Shown here piece after piece: positions 38,224 through 47,664 of a stretch of DNA of 64,000 nt. This stretch comes from an uncultured delta proteobacterium (GTDB taxonomy: Bacteria > Myxococcota > Kuafuiibacteriia > Kuafuiibacteriales > Kuafuiibacteriaceae): contig CAWDML010000003.1 in NCBI GenBank assembly GCA_963803435.1, forward strand, positions 608,001-672,000, in the 5' to 3' direction. The notes under the pieces were generated by a model. It did not search any database, had not been told where the DNA came from, and saw only the letters and a list, made by a program, of their open reading frames with translations. The position numbers and the translations under genes were made by a program. Position 1 is the stretch's first letter, and every line of letters starts with the position of its first letter.

Positions 38224-40230
38224 ATGCGGAAAGCCTGGCTCGTGGCGGCGACGTTGGTTCTCGTGGGTGCTCCGAAGATCGCGCGATCCCAGACGACCAC
38301 CAGCACCGAGACCGCCCGGCAGCAGCTCAAGGACGAGCTCCGTGAGGAGCTGAAGGAAGAGCTGAAGGAAGAGCTCAAGGCCGAGATCAAATCGGAGCTG
38401 AGCTCGGAGGGTGCGGCGGCCGGGCCCGTCCAGGAGGACGCCTGGGCGGAGGAGGAGTGGAAGTGGGAGGAGCCGGTGAAGCCGGAGCTCAACTTCCTGG
38501 AGTTCGACGGCTACTTCCGCTTTCGCTACGACCTGTTCAACAAGCTCGACCTGAACACGTACTACAAGAACCCGGAGGATGGGCTCGAGTTCGGGCCGTT
38601 TGCGCCCGGCCTGTCACCGCCCACCCCGGCCTGCAACACGGACCAGGCGGATCGCGGCATGGGCAGCCCCGGGCAGTCCGGCTTTCGTCCGCCGGCCACC
38701 AGCTGCGCGAACAACGCCGGTCATAGCTCGACGCTCGGCGGCGCGAACATGCGGCTCCGGGTGGAGCCGGTGTTCAACGTGTACGAGGACATCAAGATCA
38801 AGATGCAGATCGACATCCTCGACAACCTGGTCCTCGGCTCGACGCCGGACCGATATCCGAGCAGCGTCCTCTCGCCGCTCTCGGTCTTCTCGCAGAGCCA
38901 GCTCCCGCAGTCGGACGGTGTCAACGCTCTGGAGGACTCGATCCGCGTGAAGCGAGCGTGGGCTGAGGTGATGACTCCGCTGGGTCAGCTGCGCGTGGGT
39001 CGGATGCCGAGCCAGTTCGGAATGGGGCTCCTGGCGAACCAGGGCGGCGGTCTCGACTCCGACTTCGGCGACTCGGCGGACCGCATCATGTTCGCGACCA
39101 AGATCGGCGACTTCTACATCGTGCCGGCGTTCGACTGGGCGGTCTCGGGTCCGACCAGCGCACAGCGCGAGCTGCCGCAGGGGCAACCGTACGACCGCGA
39201 CAACCGCGACGACGTCGACCAGTACATCCTCGCCATCGTCAAGCGCGACACCGAGGAGCAGATGAAGCAGAAGCTCGAGAACGACGAGCTGGTGCTGAAC
39301 TTCGGGACCTACCAGGTGGGCCGGTTCCAGGCGCTCGACGCCGCGACCTTCTACAACGGCACGGATCCCGACTCGCAGGCCCAGACGAATCAGTTCATCG
39401 AGCGGGACGCCCAGGCCTGGATCTATTCGTTCTGGGGGCAGCTCATCTATCGCAAGTTCTCGGTGGAGGCCGAGTACGCGGGCATCATCGGTAAGGTCGG
39501 CAACTCGGCGATCCAGGGCCCTTACGGGACGACCGCGAAGCCGCTCCACATCAATCAGCACGCGGGCGCGATCAACATGCAGTACAAGCTGCTGAAGGAC
39601 GCGCTGACGATCCGGCTGATGATGGTGGCCGCCAGCGGCGACGAGGCCAGCGGCTGGGGCGTGTTCCCGCTGCTCGGTCAGGCGAACACACCCGGACAGT
39701 GGGACGGCAACCAGGCGCCTGCGGGGGACGACCACATCAACAACTTCCGGATCGATCCCGACTTCGTGGTCGACATGATCCTCTGGCGGCAGCTGGTCGG
39801 CCTGGTGACGGACGCGCTGGTCGTGAAGCCGGGCGTTCAATACAACCTCACCGAGGGCTTCGGCGGCAGCCTCGATCTGGTGTACTCGCGGGCGTGGTTC
39901 TCTCAGTCGACGCCCTCCGGATCGTTCACGGATCTCAACCGGGACGGGACGCGCGAGCTCGGCAATCCCAGCACGAACCTCGGCCTCGAGCTCGACTTCA
40001 AGGTGTTCTTCGACTCGGAGGACGGCTTTCACGCCTGGCTGCAGTACGGCCTGCTGATCCCCTTTGCAGGGTTGGATCGCCGCGTGATCGTCGAGTCCGA
40101 CTCGCCGATCCGCGAAGACAGCGTGAACGTCGTCGACGAGAACAACAACGTCGTCGGGCAGGAGGACATCGCCCGGCTCAACGCGTCGGTCGCGCACACG
40201 ATCCAGATCTTCCTCGGCGTCAGCTTCTGA
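38224..40230 (+). CDS. TIGR04551-type myxobacterial outer-membrane beta-barrel protein
   Basis: Signal peptide; DGYFRFR, ANMRLRVEP, QIDILDNLVLGSTP, VKRAWAEVMTPLG, GRMPSQFGMG, DDVDQY; C-terminal Phe. Confidence 0.85.
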   Translation: MRKAWLVAATLVLVGAPKIARSQTTTSTETARQQLKDELREELKEELKEELKAEIKSELSSEGAAAGPVQEDAWAEEEWKWEEPVKPELNFLEFDGYFRFRYDLFNKLDLNTYYKNPEDGLEFGPFAPGLSPPTPACNTDQADRGMGSPGQSGFRPPATSCANNAGHSSTLGGANMRLRVEPVFNVYEDIKIKMQIDILDNLVLGSTPDRYPSSVLSPLSVFSQSQLPQSDGVNALEDSIRVKRAWAEVMTPLGQLRVGRMPSQFGMGLLANQGGGLDSDFGDSADRIMFATKIGDFYIVPAFDWAVSGPTSAQRELPQGQPYDRDNRDDVDQYILAIVKRDTEEQMKQKLENDELVLNFGTYQVGRFQALDAATFYNGTDPDSQAQTNQFIERDAQAWIYSFWGQLIYRKFSVEAEYAGIIGKVGNSAIQGPYGTTAKPLHINQHAGAINMQYKLLKDALTIRLMMVAASGDEASGWGVFPLLGQANTPGQWDGNQAPAGDDHINNFRIDPDFVVDMILWRQLVGLVTDALVVKPGVQYNLTEGFGGSLDLVYSRAWFSQSTPSGSFTDLNRDGTRELGNPSTNLGLELDFKVFFDSEDGFHAWLQYGLLIPFAGLDRRVIVESDSPIREDSVNVVDENNNVVGQEDIARLNASVAHTIQIFLGVSF

Positions 40231-41512
40231 TGCTCCTCCGCTGCTTCTCGGGAAGCGGCGGCTCGGGCCCCACGTAGCGGGCCCGTGGGCGGAGCGAGTA
40301 CCCCGCGCTTCGCTGCTCCAGGGCGTGGGCGATCCAGCCGGCCATCCGTCCGGCCGCGAACAGCGCCACCGATCCGCCCGGCGGAAGCTTCAGCGCGCCG
40401 GCCAGCGCCACCAGCCCGAGATCGAGCGTCGGTTGGGGCCCGCCCGCCAGCACCATCGCCTCCTGGAACGCGCGGACGACCCGCACGCGCTCGTTCGTCG
40501 GCGCCAGCTCGTTCGAGATCCGCAGCAGGGGCGCAGCCCTCGGATCGCCCGCCGGATAGAGCGGATGACCGAAGCCGGGCACCGGATCGCCGCGCCGCAT
40601 CCGATCGCGCACGACCGCCGCCGCCCGCTCCGGCGACCCCGCCTCGTCGACCATCGCCTCCACCCGCTCGCAGGCGCCTCCGTGGATGGGTCCTGACAGC
40701 GTGGCGATGGCCGCCGCCATCGAGGCGGGGAGGGCGGCGCCCACCGAGGCCGGTATCCGCGCGGCGAAGCTGGAGGGGTTGAGCTCGTGGTCCGCCACCA
40801 ACACCAGCGCCATCTCGACGGCATTGACCGCGGCCCGCCCGGTGCGGCCTCCCAGCGCCACCAGGAAGCTCTTCGCCACCGACTCGGCCCGCAGCGCCTC
40901 GCGTGCGGCCTCCACGCCGCGCACCAGGCCGAAGCACGCGACCCCCCTCCGCGTGAGCACGCCGCCCCGCTCGAACGCGGTGTTCGGCGTGGGCTCGAAC
41001 GGCTCGGCGTCTGCCAGGCTGATCGCGCCGAACGCGATCATGAGCGCCTCCAGCGGCCGAGCGTGCTTCGGGATCAGCGGCGTCAGCAGGGATGGGTTGA
41101 CGCCGAAGCCGGTGGCGCGCCACTTGGGGCGGCGGCTGGGCAGCTCTCCGGTCCAGAGCAGCTCCGCCACCGACTCGAACGGCGTGATCTGATTGGCGAG
41201 GTAGAGGGCCGAGTGACCGCGATAGACCGGGCCCAGCGTGCCGATGCCGGTGACGGCGGAGTCGAGCACAGGCTCCCCCCATCGCAGCGCGCCGGCGGCC
41301 ACCGGCCCGTGACCCGCGCGGGCGTCCCGGCGCGCTTTCAGGCGCTCGATGTCGGCGCGGGAGTAGCGGCGTTCGCGGGAACCGGCGACCGGAGTGCTCC
41401 GGATGAGGCGGCGGCTGGCGTATGCGTAGAGGGTGCGGCGTTGGACGCCGAGGAGCGCGATGGCCTCGGCGGCGGTGATCCATTGAGGGTCGAATGAACG
41501 GGGTGGATCCAC
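40220..41512 (-). CDS. N-terminal HTH (MerR/excisionase-like) fused to citrate synthase-family domain
   Basis: WITAAEAIALLGVQRRTLYAYASR; DHELNPSSFAAR, SGPIHGGA, PGFGHPLY..GDPRA, GRMAGWIAH. Confidence 0.9.
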   Translation of the reverse strand: MDPPRSFDPQWITAAEAIALLGVQRRTLYAYASRRLIRSTPVAGSRERRYSRADIERLKARRDARAGHGPVAAGALRWGEPVLDSAVTGIGTLGPVYRGHSALYLANQITPFESVAELLWTGELPSRRPKWRATGFGVNPSLLTPLIPKHARPLEALMIAFGAISLADAEPFEPTPNTAFERGGVLTRRGVACFGLVRGVEAAREALRAESVAKSFLVALGGRTGRAAVNAVEMALVLVADHELNPSSFAARIPASVGAALPASMAAAIATLSGPIHGGACERVEAMVDEAGSPERAAAVVRDRMRRGDPVPGFGHPLYPAGDPRAAPLLRISNELAPTNERVRVVRAFQEAMVLAGGPQPTLDLGLVALAGALKLPPGGSVALFAAGRMAGWIAHALEQRSAGYSLRPRARYVGPEPPLPEKQRRSIRS

Positions 41513-41514
41513 GA

Positions 41515-41557
41515 ATCAACGTTGATAGAGTACGTCAACGTAGTCAACGTTGTTGAT
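41515..41557. promoter_or_regulatory. Candidate operator of TCAAC/GTTGA repeats between the divergent citrate synthase genes
   Basis: Perfect palindrome ATCAACGTTGAT (41515-41526), then GTCAACGTA-GTCAACGTT-GTTGAT in an AT-rich 45-bp gap. Confidence 0.7.
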
Positions 41558-42638
41558 ATGAACAACGTAGCTGATGTTGAGGCGGAGGGCGGTCTCGAAG
41601 GCGTGATCGTCGCCCGGACGCGGCTCTCGCTCGTCGACGGTGCCGCCGGTCGGTTGGTCCTGGTGGGCCAGGACGTGGAGTCGGTGGCGGCGCGGGGCTC
41701 GTTCGAGGACGCCTGCGGGCTGCTCTGGGGTGGCGCGCTCCCGGCGGCTGCTCGGCGGAAGGAGCTCGAAGGGGCGCTGGCCGCCGGTCGGACGCGGGCC
41801 TTCGAGCGACTCGGTGCGCTGGGCGACGCGCTCGATTCGGGCGCACGCGATGGACGCGCTCCGGGCGGCTGCGGCCCACCTGCCCGGGGACGGTACCTCG
41901 CGGGAGGACCTCACGGCGGCGCTGGCCGTCTACACCGCGGCCTGGGTACGCAGGCAGCAGCGCCTGGAGGCGGTGGCGCCCGATCCCGGCCGTACGCACG
42001 CCGAGGATCTGCTGGCGATGATGCGCGGCTCGGAGGCGAGCGCGCCGGAGTCCGGAGCCCTGGCCGCGTATCTCTCGACCGTGATCGACCACGGGATGAA
42101 CGCGAGCACCTTTGCAGCGCGTGTGATCGCGTCGACGGGCTCCGATCTCGTCTCTTCGATCGTCGGCGCGATCGGTGCGCTCAAGGGGAGGCTCCACGGT
42201 GGTGCGCCGGGGCCGGTGCTCGACATGCTCGACGCCGTGGGCGCCGAGGCCAACGCGGAGCGCTGGATCGAGGATGAGCTGGCGGCGGGGCGGCGGATCA
42301 TGGGGATGGGACACCGCGTCTATCGGGTCCGCGATCCGCGGGCGGCGGTGCTCGAAGGGCGCATGGTCGCGCTCGCGGGTGACTCACCGCGCGTCCGGCT
42401 GGCGCGGACCGTGGAGCGGACCGCGGAGGCGCTGCTTCGGGCCAGACACCCGGGACGGCCGCTGTCCGCGAACGTCGAGTTCTACACTGCGCTCCTCCTG
42501 GAGGCGCTGCGGATCCCGCGCGAAGCGTTCACGGCGGTGTTCGCGTGTGGCCGGGTGGCGGGGTGGTGCGCGCACGTCGCCGAGCAGCAGGAGACCGGAC
42601 GACTGATCCGACCGTCCTCCCGCTACGTGGGACCGTGA
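41558..42638 (+). CDS. Citrate synthase (CitA-like); apparent +1 frameshift at 41834-41838
   Basis: GLEGVIVARTRLSLVDG joins DHGMNASTFAAR, LKGRLHGGAP, MGMGHRVYRVRDPRA, NVEFY; 359 aa after correction. Confidence 0.88.
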
Positions 42639-42689
42639 GCGCCGATCGGACCTTGCCCTGTCGGCGACCCGGCGAGTAGGCAGCGGCGG

Positions 42690-44083
42690 ATGGCGGCGAA
42701 GAAGCCCTGGGGAGGGCGCTTCCAGCGTCCCACGGACGCGATCGTGGAGGCGTTCACCAGCTCGATCGACGGTGATCGGCACATTGCGCTCGATGACGTG
42801 GATGGAAGCATCGCGCACGCCACCATGCTCGGCGAGTCGGGCATCGTATCGAGTGAGGATGCGACCACGCTCGTCGACGGCCTCCAGCGCGTGCGGGGCG
42901 AGATCGAGCGGGGCGATTTTCGGTGGCGGCGCGAGCTGGAGGACGTCCACATGAACGTGGAGCGCCGTCTGGCCGAGATCGTCGGTGACGACATCGCGGG
43001 TCGTCTCCACACCGCGCGCTCCCGCAACGATCAGGTTGCGCTCGACAGTCGGATGTATCTCAAGCGCAAGCTCGCCGAGATCGACCTGCGGATCCAAGAC
43101 ATCCTGCGCGCGCTCCTCGGGCAGGCGAGGCAGCACGTCGAGACCCTGCTCCCCGGCTATACGCACCTGCAGCGCGCGCAGCCGGTCCGCCTTGCCCACC
43201 ATCTGCTCGCCTATCAGGAGATGTTCGCCCGCGATCGCGGCCGTCTCCGCGACGCAGTGGCGCGGTTCGATCTCTCGCCCCTCGGCTCCGGCGCGATCGC
43301 GGGTACGCCGCACCCGATCCGTCGTGAGCGTGTCGCCGAGCTCCTCGGGTTCGCCGGCGTCACCGCCAACTCCATGGATGCGGTGGCCGATCGCGATCAC
43401 TTCCTCGAGACCATGAGCGCCGCCGCCATCTCGATGGTCCACCTATCCCGCCTCGCCGAGGAGATCGTGCTCTGGAGCTCGGCCGAGTTCCGCTTCCTCG
43501 AGATTGATGACGCGTTCACGACCGGATCCTCGATGATGCCCCAGAAGAAGAATCCGGACGTGGCCGAGCTGGTGCGAGGCCGGTGCGGTCGCGTGGTCGG
43601 CGATCTGGTGGCCCTGCTGGTGACGGTGAAGGGGCTGCCGCTCACGTACAACCGCGACCTTCAGGAGGACAAGCCGCCGCTGTACTCCAGCCTGGAGACT
43701 TGGTCGGACGCGCTCGCCGTGACGGCCGCGATGATCGATGCGATCACCTTCGACCCGGACCGCATGCGCCGAGCGCTCGCGGACGGGTTCGCGACCGCCA
43801 CGGAGCTCGCGGATCACCTGGTGACCCGGGGCGTCCCCTTCCGCGACGCCCACGAGACCGTGGGGCGGATTCGTCGCCGACTGCCTTACCCGTCGCTGTG
43901 TCCTCGAGGATCTTCTCGCTCGAGGACCTGCGTCGCTTTCACGCCAGCTTCGGCGACGACGCGCTCGACTGGATCGATCCGGAGAGCGCCGTCGAGAGGC
44001 GCGACCTCGTGGGCGGGCCGGCTCGCGAGCGCGTGCTGGCCGCGCTCGCCGCAGCTGAGGAGGCGCTCGATGCGGATCGCTAG
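42690..44083 (+). CDS. argH: Argininosuccinate lyase; two apparent +1 frameshifts near 43870 and 43913
   Basis: WGGRF, EDVHMNVE, LHTARSRNDQ, PGYTHLQRAQP, GSSMMPQKKNPD, YNRDLQEDK; true C-terminus is in ORF 43583..44083; 463 aa after correction. Confidence 0.95.
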
Positions 44084-44201
44084 CCTCTGGGTGCTCGTGC
44101 TGGTCACCAGCGCTTGCGGGATCAAGGCGCCGCCACGCCCGCCGCCGGGGCCGCCGCCGCCGACGCACACCGCCACGGTCGCCCGATCGCGGTCGGACTG
44201 A
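44070..44201 (+). CDS. Small lipoprotein (LppL/YifL/LptM-like)
   Basis: MRIASLWVLVLVTSACGIKAPPRPP: lipobox plus CGxKxP, in the typical argH-lipoprotein-lysA position. Confidence 0.75.
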   Translation: MRIASLWVLVLVTSACGIKAPPRPPPGPPPPTHTATVARSRSD

Positions 44202-44273
44202 GCTCGCCCGTCCGTTCGGGCGTTCTCAGATTGGCCCTCGACGGGCCGAGGCGCTGCGCGGTAGATCCGCGGC

Positions 44274-45533
44274 GTGTTCCACTTCGCCTACGACGAGGCC
44301 GGGCGGCTCCACGCAGAGTCTGTGGGTCTCGACCGGATTGCCGGTGAGGTCGGGACGCCGGCGTACGTCTACGTGCAGGCGACGCTCGAGCGCCACTTCC
44401 GGGTCTTCGACGAGGCGTTCGCCGGACATCCTCACCTCGTCTGTTACTCCGTCAAGGCCAATAGCAACCGTGCGATCCTCCGCCTGCTGTCGCGCCTGGG
44501 CTCCGGGGCTGACATCGTCTCCGGGGGCGAGCTGGTGCGGGCGTTGCGCGCGGGCGTTCCAGCCGATCGGATCGTGTTCTCCGGAGTCGGCAAGACCGAG
44601 GCGGAGATGGCGGCGGCGATGGACGCGCGGATCCTCTCCTTCAACGTCGAGTCCGCGCAGGAGCTGGAGCAGCTGGGCCGGGTGGCCGCCTCGAAGGGCA
44701 TGGTGGCGCACGTCTCGCTCCGGGTGAACCCAGACATCGACGCGAAGACCCATCCGTACATCGCGACCGGCCTCAAAGAGTCGAAGTTCGGGATCCCGCT
44801 CCCGGAGGCGAGGAGCCTCGCAAGCACGGTGGCGGCGAACGCAAACCTCACCATGACCGGCGTCGACTGTCACATCGGATCGCAGCTCACCACGCTCGAT
44901 CCCTTGATGGCCGCGCTCGACTCGGTGCTCGGTCTCGTGGACGAGCTCGCGGCGGACGGGCACCGCATCGACCACGTGGACCTGGGCGGCGGGCTCGGCA
45001 TCCCATATCTCTCCGAGACGCCGCCGCACCCGACCGAGTTTGGCGCGGCGGTCGTCGCCCGGATGAAGGGCCGCAAGGAGCGCCTGATCCTCGAGCCCGG
45101 CCGGGTGATCGTGGGGAACGCCGGCCTCTTGTTGACACGTGTGCTCTACGTGAAGAAGGCACCGGCTCGGACGTTCGTCATCGTCGACGCGGCCATGAAC
45201 GATCTGCTGCGTCCTTCCCTGTATCAGGCGCACCACGAGATCTGGCCCGTGACGAAGCGGAGCGAGGCGGCTGTGCTCCCGGTCGACGTGGTGGGGCCGA
45301 TCTGCGAGTCGAGCGACACGTTCGCCAAGCAACGGCCGCTGCCGGAGGTGGAGCCGGGCGATCTGCTCGCGATCATGAGCGCGGGTGCCTATGGGTTCGC
45401 GATGTCCTCGACCTACAACTCGAGGCCGCGCGCCTGTGAGGTCTTGGTGAACGGTGATCGCTTCTCCGTTGTGCGCGGGCGGGAGACGGTCGAGGGACTG
45501 ATGGAAGGCGAGACCCTTCCCGATTGGTTGTGA
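44274..45533 (+). CDS. lysA: Diaminopimelate decarboxylase
   Basis: GTPAYVY, YSVKANSN, THPYIATG..SKFG, HIGSQ, DLGGG, EPGR, GPICES, GAYG..MSSTYN. Confidence 0.96.
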   Translation: MFHFAYDEAGRLHAESVGLDRIAGEVGTPAYVYVQATLERHFRVFDEAFAGHPHLVCYSVKANSNRAILRLLSRLGSGADIVSGGELVRALRAGVPADRIVFSGVGKTEAEMAAAMDARILSFNVESAQELEQLGRVAASKGMVAHVSLRVNPDIDAKTHPYIATGLKESKFGIPLPEARSLASTVAANANLTMTGVDCHIGSQLTTLDPLMAALDSVLGLVDELAADGHRIDHVDLGGGLGIPYLSETPPHPTEFGAAVVARMKGRKERLILEPGRVIVGNAGLLLTRVLYVKKAPARTFVIVDAAMNDLLRPSLYQAHHEIWPVTKRSEAAVLPVDVVGPICESSDTFAKQRPLPEVEPGDLLAIMSAGAYGFAMSSTYNSRPRACEVLVNGDRFSVVRGRETVEGLMEGETLPDWL

Positions 45534-45539
45534 GGAGAG

Positions 45540-46451
45540 ATGATGAAGCTTCAGGGCGCATTGACGGCACTGGTGACCCCGTTCGGCGAGGACGATCGCG
45601 TGGATGTTCGCGCCCTCGCCAAGATCACGGACCAGCAGATCGAGAACGGCATCGATGGGCTGGTGCCGTGTGGTACCACCGGCGAGACGCCCACCCTCTC
45701 CGAGTCGGAGCAGGAGACCGTGGTGAAGACGGTGATCGAGGCTGCGCGCGGTCGCGTCCCGATCATCGCCGGCACCGGCACGAACTCCACGCGGGGCGCC
45801 ATCGAATCGACCCGCCGCGCCAAGGGCTGGGGCATCGACGCTGCGCTCGTGGTCACGCCGTTCTACAACAAGCCCACCCAGGAGGGCCTCTTCAGGCACT
45901 ACAAGGCGGTCTGGGAGGACGTCGGTCTTCCCATCGTCGCCTACAACGTCCCGGGCCGGACCGCGAGCGATCTGATGCCGGAGACCATCGGGCGGCTGGT
46001 CGAGATCGGCGCCATCGTCGGCGTGAAGGACGCCACCGCCAGCATGCAGCGCGCCGTGGAGACACTGGCCGCCGTCGGCGATCGCCCTTTTGCGCTGATC
46101 TCGGGTGACGACTTCACGATCCTTCCCTTCGTCGCGTGTGGGGGCAAAGGCGTCATCAGCGTCGTCAGCAACATCGCACCCAGCGACACAGCGAGGCTGG
46201 TGACGGCCTCGGCCGCCGGCGACTGGTCGACCGCTCGGCCGCTGAACACGCGGATCGTCGCGCTGACGAAGGTGCTCTTCTCGACCTCCAGCCCGATCCC
46301 GATCAAGGCCGCGATGAGCCTGTGCGGCTGGTGCTCTGAGCGCGTCCGGCTGCCGCTCGTGGCCGGCGACGAAAAGCTGCTCGCGGCGATGCGCTCTGCG
46401 CTCGAGACGTATCGGGGTCAGGGCGGCACGCTCGAGGGCTACATGTCGTGA
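45540..46451 (+). CDS. dapA: 4-hydroxy-tetrahydrodipicolinate synthase
   Basis: TALVTPF, CGTTGE, PFYNKPTQEG, YNVPGRT, GVKDAT, SGDD. Confidence 0.95.
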   Translation: MMKLQGALTALVTPFGEDDRVDVRALAKITDQQIENGIDGLVPCGTTGETPTLSESEQETVVKTVIEAARGRVPIIAGTGTNSTRGAIESTRRAKGWGIDAALVVTPFYNKPTQEGLFRHYKAVWEDVGLPIVAYNVPGRTASDLMPETIGRLVEIGAIVGVKDATASMQRAVETLAAVGDRPFALISGDDFTILPFVACGGKGVISVVSNIAPSDTARLVTASAAGDWSTARPLNTRIVALTKVLFSTSSPIPIKAAMSLCGWCSERVRLPLVAGDEKLLAAMRSALETYRGQGGTLEGYMS

Positions 46452-47209
46452 TCGAGGTCGTCGTCTCGGGCGCCTCGGGTCGGCTGGGCGCACGCATACG
46501 CGCCCTGGTCGAGGCCGCCCCGGATCTGGAGCTGAGCGCCGCCCTGGTCCGGCCGGGCTCCGAAGTGCGCGCCGGCGCGACCAGCGATCCGTCGGCGATC
46601 TCCGCGGGCCGCGTGCTGATCGAGGCGGCCACCCGTGCGGCCGCGCTCGAGCATGCGGATCGCGCGGCCCGGGTCGGCGCCCCCATCCTGCTCGCCACCA
46701 CCGGATTCGACGCAGGGGAGCGCGCGGCCGTCGAGGCGTTCGCAGCGAAGGTCCCGCTCCTGATCGCGCCGAATCTGTCTCTCGGCGTCGCGGTTCTCCT
46801 CGATCTGGTGGCCCGCGCCTCAGCAGCGCTCGCCTCCTACGATCTGGAGATCCTCGAGCTCCACCACAACAAGAAGCGTGACGCACCCAGCGGTACTGCC
46901 TGGGCGCTCGGACGGGCCGCCTCTTCCGCGCGGCGACGAGACGTGGAGCGGGATGCGATCGTCGCCCGCGCCGGTGAAGTCGGAGCGCGCGGGCGGGACG
47001 AGATCGGGATCCAAGCGCTGCGCGGCGGCGACGTCATCGGCGAGCACACCGTGTTCTTGATTGGGGAGACGGAGCGCATCGAGCTCTCACACCGGGCGGC
47101 CACGCGCGACACGTTCGCCGCCGGCGCCGTGCAGGCGGCCCGCTTCCTCGGTACGCCCGGGCGCGGCCCTGGGCTCTACACGATGCGCCACGTCCTCGGT
47201 CTGGACTGA
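46448..47209 (+). CDS. dapB: 4-hydroxy-tetrahydrodipicolinate reductase
   Basis: GASGRLG, ATTG, APNLSLG, ELHHNKKRDAPSGTA, RGGDVIGEHTV. Confidence 0.93.
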   Translation: MIEVVVSGASGRLGARIRALVEAAPDLELSAALVRPGSEVRAGATSDPSAISAGRVLIEAATRAAALEHADRAARVGAPILLATTGFDAGERAAVEAFAAKVPLLIAPNLSLGVAVLLDLVARASAALASYDLEILELHHNKKRDAPSGTAWALGRAASSARRRDVERDAIVARAGEVGARGRDEIGIQALRGGDVIGEHTVFLIGETERIELSHRAATRDTFAAGAVQAARFLGTPGRGPGLYTMRHVLGLD

Positions 47210-47211
47210 GA

Positions 47212-47574
47212 TCAACCCATGGCGATGGCGGCCGGCGGTGGCACCGGAACTCTCGGTGCGTCTGCCCAGATCTTGTCGAGCTCGTAGAACGCGCGCGTGT
47301 CCTCGTGAAAGACGTGGACTACGACGTCACCGTAGTCGATCAGGATCCAGGGACCGACGCCCTCGCGCTGGAGCGGCCGAAGCCGGGTCCACTCCCGCAT
47401 GTCCTCGACGATCGCGTCCGCGATGGCGGCGGTCTGCCGCTCGCTCCAGGCGGTGACGATGACCAATGCGTCCGTGTAGGTGCATCGGCCTTCAACGTCG
47501 ATGATGGTGATGTTTTGCCCCTTCTTGTTCTGAGCCGCGTTGGCCACTTTCAGGGCTTTGTCTCTCGGTTCTAT
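47212..47574 (-). CDS. rsfS: Ribosome silencing factor (probable ATA start)
   Basis: AQNKKG, TDALVIVT, WILIDYGDVVVHVF..RAFYELDKIW; SD GGAG 8 nt before ATA at 47574; ORF track starts at GTG 47547. Confidence 0.93.
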   Translation of the reverse strand: MEPRDKALKVANAAQNKKGQNITIIDVEGRCTYTDALVIVTAWSERQTAAIADAIVEDMREWTRLRPLQREGVGPWILIDYGDVVVHVFHEDTRAFYELDKIWADAPRVPVPPPAAIAMG

Positions 47575-47664
47575 GGTTCAGTCTCCGGTCGCTCTGGCCG
47601 ATTCTACCGCCTTTCTCGAGGATCGGGGCCGTACTATTCTCACGCCGCCAAATCCCCGCAATCC

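Noticed and set aside
42690-44201. Genuine pseudogenisation or programmed frameshifting of argH and the six other split genes
   Set aside because: There is no other decay and no slippery heptamer, and the breaks share the GATC-linked signature, so a sequencing artefact is more parsimonious
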